Origin: Desulfobacteraceae bacterium
Lineage (GTDB): Bacteria; Desulfobacterota; Desulfobacteria; Desulfobacterales; SURF-7
DNA length: 44,859 bases
Reading direction: 5' to 3'
Assembly: GCA_030618465.1 (NCBI GenBank)
Contig: JAUXDD010000001.1
Coordinates: 1 to 44,859, forward strand
Positions 41,911-44,859 of this stretch are shown piece after piece. Both the position numbers and the translations under genes were made by a program. The notes beneath the pieces were generated by a model. It saw nothing but the letters and a program-made list of their open reading frames with translations. It did not search any database and had not been told where the DNA came from. How positions within the stretch are numbered: the stretch's first letter is position 1; each line of letters starts with the position of its first letter.

Positions 41911-43542
41911 ATGAAAAAGCTTTTCGGTAACATCGCCGGGCTTAAGGCAAATCAGATCCGCAGACTGGAAAATCTGTACCGGCGCAAAACACCACCTGAA
42001 TACATTATTGCCCCGGAACTTGCCCGTGACATATGCGATCTTTCCTGTGAAATCCGTCGCCAGATAGGGCTGCTGATAAACCGATCCGGCAAGGTACGTT
42101 TTGTTATCATCGGTGATCTGCACGGGATTGTTATTCCGGATACAAGTGAGTACCGCGCTGCACCGGGCCGGTTAAAAGGCATACGGTGTGTTCATACGCA
42201 CCTGGGTGATGAGCCCCTTACCCGGGATGACCTTACTGACCTTGCCCTGTTGCGTCTCGACTTAATGGCCGCAATAACAACAACAGGCAATGGCCGTCCG
42301 GGCAGGGTTCATGTGGGCCACATCCTTCCGGGCCGTTTTGACGGGAAACCTTATGAAATCCTCAAGCCATTTGATACCGGCGGCCTGGATATCGGATGCC
42401 TTGAACTTATCTCTGCTCTTGAGGCGGAACTGGTCATATCCGGGGCTGCGCGGCGGGAGGCGGATTCAGATGATGAGCGTGCTCTTCTGATCAGTGTGTC
42501 AACGGTCGCCAGACACAAGGCCCGGGAATCCATGAATGAACTGGTGGAACTTGCGAAATCCAGCGGGATCCGTGTGGTTGACACTGTCCTGCAGCGGCGA
42601 AAAAAAATTGATTCCCGATTTGTCATGGGATTGGGCAAATTGAAAGATTTGACCATTCTTGCCCTCCAGAAAGGAGTATCGCTTTTAATTTTTGATCAGG
42701 AACTGAATCCGTCACAGATCCGATCCATTACCAATCAGATTGAACTCAAGGTGATTGACCGCACCCAGTTAATCCTTGATATTTTTGCCCAGCGCGCGCA
42801 GACAAGGGAAGGTAAACTCCAGGTGGAGCTGGCCCAGTTGAAATATCTGCTTCCGCGTCTGATTTCAAAAAATACGGCCATGTCACGTCTCACCGGCGGT
42901 ATAGGGGGGCGGGGCCCCGGAGAGACCAAACTTGAAATAAATCGAAGAAGAGTGCGTGACCGTATTTCAAGGCTTGAAAAGAGCCTTGCCCATGTAAAAA
43001 AACAACGGGCCCAGCAGAGGGCAAAACGCAACAAAAAAAACATTCCGATCATCTCCATTATCGGATATACAAATGCAGGAAAGTCAACACTTCTGAACAC
43101 GCTTACAAAAAGCCATGTTCTTGCTGAAAGCCGTCTTTTTGCCACCCTTGATCCGGCGAGCAGGCGCCTTAAATTTCCCAGGGATGTGGAGGTGATCATC
43201 ACAGATACGGTGGGATTTATCCGGGATCTTCCACGGGAGCTCATGGTCGCATTCCGGGCAACACTGGAGGAACTTGAAAGTGCGGATCTTCTGTTACATA
43301 TAATTGATATCAGCAATCCCCGCTTTGAAGATCAGATTCGTTCGGTTGAAAAAATTATTTCAGACCTTAAGCTGCAACATATTCCTTCAATAAATGTGTT
43401 CAATAAACAGGATCGGGCAGATAAAGAAACTGTTGACAGGCAGGTGATGCTGCTTAAAGGAATTCCCATTTCGGCAACGGATGCATCTACATTGACACCT
43501 CTTATCAAGAGGATGGCCGGAGCGGTTGAAGAACGGTCATAA
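41911..43542 (+). CDS. hflX: GTPase HflX with a ~185-aa N-terminal extension
   Basis: 543 aa. The HflX N-domain starts near 'ERALLISV' (residue ~189). Also present are 'EGKLQVELAQLKY', G1 'GYTNAGKSTLLN', 'DTVGF' and 'NKQD'. Confidence 0.93.
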   Translation: MKKLFGNIAGLKANQIRRLENLYRRKTPPEYIIAPELARDICDLSCEIRRQIGLLINRSGKVRFVIIGDLHGIVIPDTSEYRAAPGRLKGIRCVHTHLGDEPLTRDDLTDLALLRLDLMAAITTTGNGRPGRVHVGHILPGRFDGKPYEILKPFDTGGLDIGCLELISALEAELVISGAARREADSDDERALLISVSTVARHKARESMNELVELAKSSGIRVVDTVLQRRKKIDSRFVMGLGKLKDLTILALQKGVSLLIFDQELNPSQIRSITNQIELKVIDRTQLILDIFAQRAQTREGKLQVELAQLKYLLPRLISKNTAMSRLTGGIGGRGPGETKLEINRRRVRDRISRLEKSLAHVKKQRAQQRAKRNKKNIPIISIIGYTNAGKSTLLNTLTKSHVLAESRLFATLDPASRRLKFPRDVEVIITDTVGFIRDLPRELMVAFRATLEELESADLLLHIIDISNPRFEDQIRSVEKIISDLKLQHIPSINVFNKQDRADKETVDRQVMLLKGIPISATDASTLTPLIKRMAGAVEERS

Positions 43543-43564
43543 TTGTATTGACATATAAAGTAGA

Positions 43565-44371
43565 TTGCAGATATCTTTAGAAATGGATCTGAGGCTTATA
43601 GAAAGGGTGGGGGTTGGAGCGGCTTTTAAAAGTGCCGAAATACTTCGGTCATATTTTGGCAATATTAATGAGATCAGCAAGAAAGGTGAAATCGATCTTC
43701 TTACAAAAGCCGACATTGCGTCTGAAAAAATAATAATTGAGACCATCCGGGAAAAATTTCCGGATCATGCCATCCTGGCTGAGGAAAGCGGCTTTAACGA
43801 GGGTAAAACAGAGTGTCGATGGATTATTGATCCTCTTGACGGTACAACGAACTATGCACACGGCCTGGGCATTCATGCTGTTTCCATAGCATTTGCTTTA
43901 GATGGGGAAATAATTGTCGGGGTTGTTTTGAATCCGGAAACCGGCGAACTTTTTACAGCCTGTAAAGGTGAAGGGGCCAGGCTGAATGGTTGCCCCGTAA
44001 ACGTTTCAATCACCGAACATGTTTCGGACAGCCTGCTGGTAACCGGGTTTCCTTATAATTTTAAAGAGATTCTGAAACCGCTGATGGCCCGTTTTGAAAA
44101 CTGTTTAAAAGCGTCCAGGGGGGTCCGGAGACTGGGATCTGCGGCACTTGATCTGTGTTATGTGGCCTGCGGGCGATTTGACGGTTTCTGGGAACAGAAT
44201 TTAAAACCATGGGATACAGCTGCAGGGATGCTGGTTGCTAAAGAGGCCGGCGCCGCAGTTACTGATTTTTCAAACAAGCTGTTTCAGATTGACAGGGATG
44301 AAGTCCTGGCAACAAATGGCAATATTCATACTGAAATGATTTCTTTGCTGAGATTGAAGGATACTATATGA
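43565..44371 (+). CDS. inositol monophosphatase family protein (SuhB-like)
   Basis: Motifs 'EESG', 'WIIDPLDGTTNY' and 'WDTAAG' are present. The ORF-track start is TTG 43565, and an ATG at 43583 (MDLRLIE...) is equally plausible. Confidence 0.88.
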   Translation: MQISLEMDLRLIERVGVGAAFKSAEILRSYFGNINEISKKGEIDLLTKADIASEKIIIETIREKFPDHAILAEESGFNEGKTECRWIIDPLDGTTNYAHGLGIHAVSIAFALDGEIIVGVVLNPETGELFTACKGEGARLNGCPVNVSITEHVSDSLLVTGFPYNFKEILKPLMARFENCLKASRGVRRLGSAALDLCYVACGRFDGFWEQNLKPWDTAAGMLVAKEAGAAVTDFSNKLFQIDRDEVLATNGNIHTEMISLLRLKDTI

Positions 44372-44565
44372 AAATCAAATTGAACGGGAAAACATCGATT
44401 AATGATCATTTAGGCTGTTTTGGCAGTTTTAGAATGGCCGACCCTGTTTGTAATAATTTATGTGCCTTGAGTTTACGATGTGCCATAGAGCAGGAGCTTG
44501 TTTTCCGTACTGAGGTTCTGGAAGACCTGCTTGATTCCGATATCCTGGTTATGCCTACGCAGTAG
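44368..44565 (+). CDS. hypothetical small protein (65 aa, four Cys)
   Basis: Its ATG overlaps the TGA of the IMPase gene (ATGA). Cys residues lie at positions 17, 28, 32 and 38. No motif recognised, so coding status is uncertain. Confidence 0.4.
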   Translation: MKIKLNGKTSINDHLGCFGSFRMADPVCNNLCALSLRCAIEQELVFRTEVLEDLLDSDILVMPTQ

Positions 44566-44578
44566 GTCAATAAGAATC

Positions 44579-44859
44579 ATGAAAACAAGAGAATCTGTTT
44601 TTGCAGGAAGCTGGTATCCGGCAAGTGCAGCCGGGTGTGAAAAAGAGATCCACCGGTTTCTGGATGAATATGACACATCGGCTCTTTCCGGCAGATCCTT
44701 AAAAGGCGGTATTGTGCCCCATGCAGGGTGGTATTTTTCCGGAAGTATTGCCTGCAACGTTATCCATCTGCTTAAAGATGAACATCCGGTTGATGTGATT
44801 GCCGTATTCGGCATGCATCTGCATCCGTCATCATCTCGCTTTCTTATGACGGAAGGGGC
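44579..44859 (+). CDS. amrB: AmmeMemoRadiSam system protein B (MEMO1 family), 5' partial running off the window
   Basis: Read from the sequence: MKTRESVFAGSWYPASAAGCEKEI...LKGGIVPHAGWYFSGSIA...AVFGMHL. 'AGSWYP' and 'IVPHAGWYFSG' are the Memo family N-terminal motifs. The frame is open to the window end, so it is absent from the ORF track. Confidence 0.8.
   Translation, partial: MKTRESVFAGSWYPASAAGCEKEIHRFLDEYDTSALSGRSLKGGIVPHAGWYFSGSIACNVIHLLKDEHPVDVIAVFGMHLHPSSSRFLMTEG

Noticed and set aside
42735-43316. A 193-aa minus-strand ORF inside hflX. Similar antisense ORFs occur at 8053..8436 in hemA, 11720..12142 in recJ and 28052..28450 in mnmE.
   Set aside because: Each lies wholly inside a gene with unambiguous family motifs on the other strand. 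Their translations are Ser/Arg/Leu-rich, as expected for antisense reading. There is no RBS evidence.
44473-44814. A 113-aa minus-strand ORF at the window end.
   Set aside because: The plus strand here encodes a clear Memo/AmmeMemoRadiSam B N-terminus (AGSWYP, IVPHAGWYFSG) starting at ATG 44579. The minus ORF is its shadow.
1-44859. CRISPR arrays, tRNA/rRNA genes, transposases, integrases, phage genes and toxin-antitoxin pairs.
   Set aside because: Reading every intergenic gap longer than 60 bp showed no repeat-spacer periodicity and no cloverleaf-capable GC-rich segments. No ORF has DDE, tyrosine recombinase or serine recombinase catalytic motifs. The only repeats are the short elements listed as features.

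Overview
This 44.9 kb window is densely packed (about 50 genes) and reads as core chromosome from an AT-rich bacterium. The lineage looks Desulfobacterota-like, an inference from gene content only: DUF4911-miaB, a TIGR03960/03936-type radical SAM next to rng, and AmmeMemoRadiSam protein B. Almost every gene is recognisable housekeeping.

Gene content by block:
- Cell envelope and repair: pcm, PBP1A.
- Minus-strand block: ccsA-like, hemA, fabD, then dksA, a PHP nuclease, rnc and a radical SAM.
- TetR regulator, then recJ.
- DUF4911, miaB, a bifunctional nuclease and a second PHP protein.
- Minus-strand block: aminotransferase, engB, era, ATP-grasp, HNH.
- hisG-hisI.
- The classic rpmH-rnpA-yidD-yidC-jag-mnmE cluster, here without dnaA beside it.
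- Radical SAM-rng, asnS, rpsF-rpsR-DUF2232-rplI-dnaB, hflX, an IMPase and a 5' partial AmmeMemoRadiSam B.

I found no rRNA, tRNA, CRISPR array, transposase or prophage gene. rpmH (32139..32273, minus) and the open-ended amrB-like gene (44579..44859, plus) are absent from the ORF track and were read directly from the sequence.

The only accessory-looking stretch is about 16.2-21.2 kb. It holds an OmpW-like barrel, a large GDSL-fold lipoprotein whose nucleophile position reads Asn, an orphan HTH protein, a small HNH nuclease, and an ATP-grasp ligase translationally coupled to era.

I do not see a convincing complete novel multi-gene system. The findings below are the anomalies worth checking, none of them verified:
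- the GDN pseudo-/variant hydrolase with its barrel partner;
- the era-coupled ATP-grasp versus the acidic -EEE tail of S6;
- GC-rich palindromic elements, including a structured 214 bp spacer inside the yidD-yidC operon;
- tandem 14-mers in the rpsF leader;
- a TetR N-terminal remnant;
- radical SAM/RNase pairings;
- an extended, GC-rich hflX.
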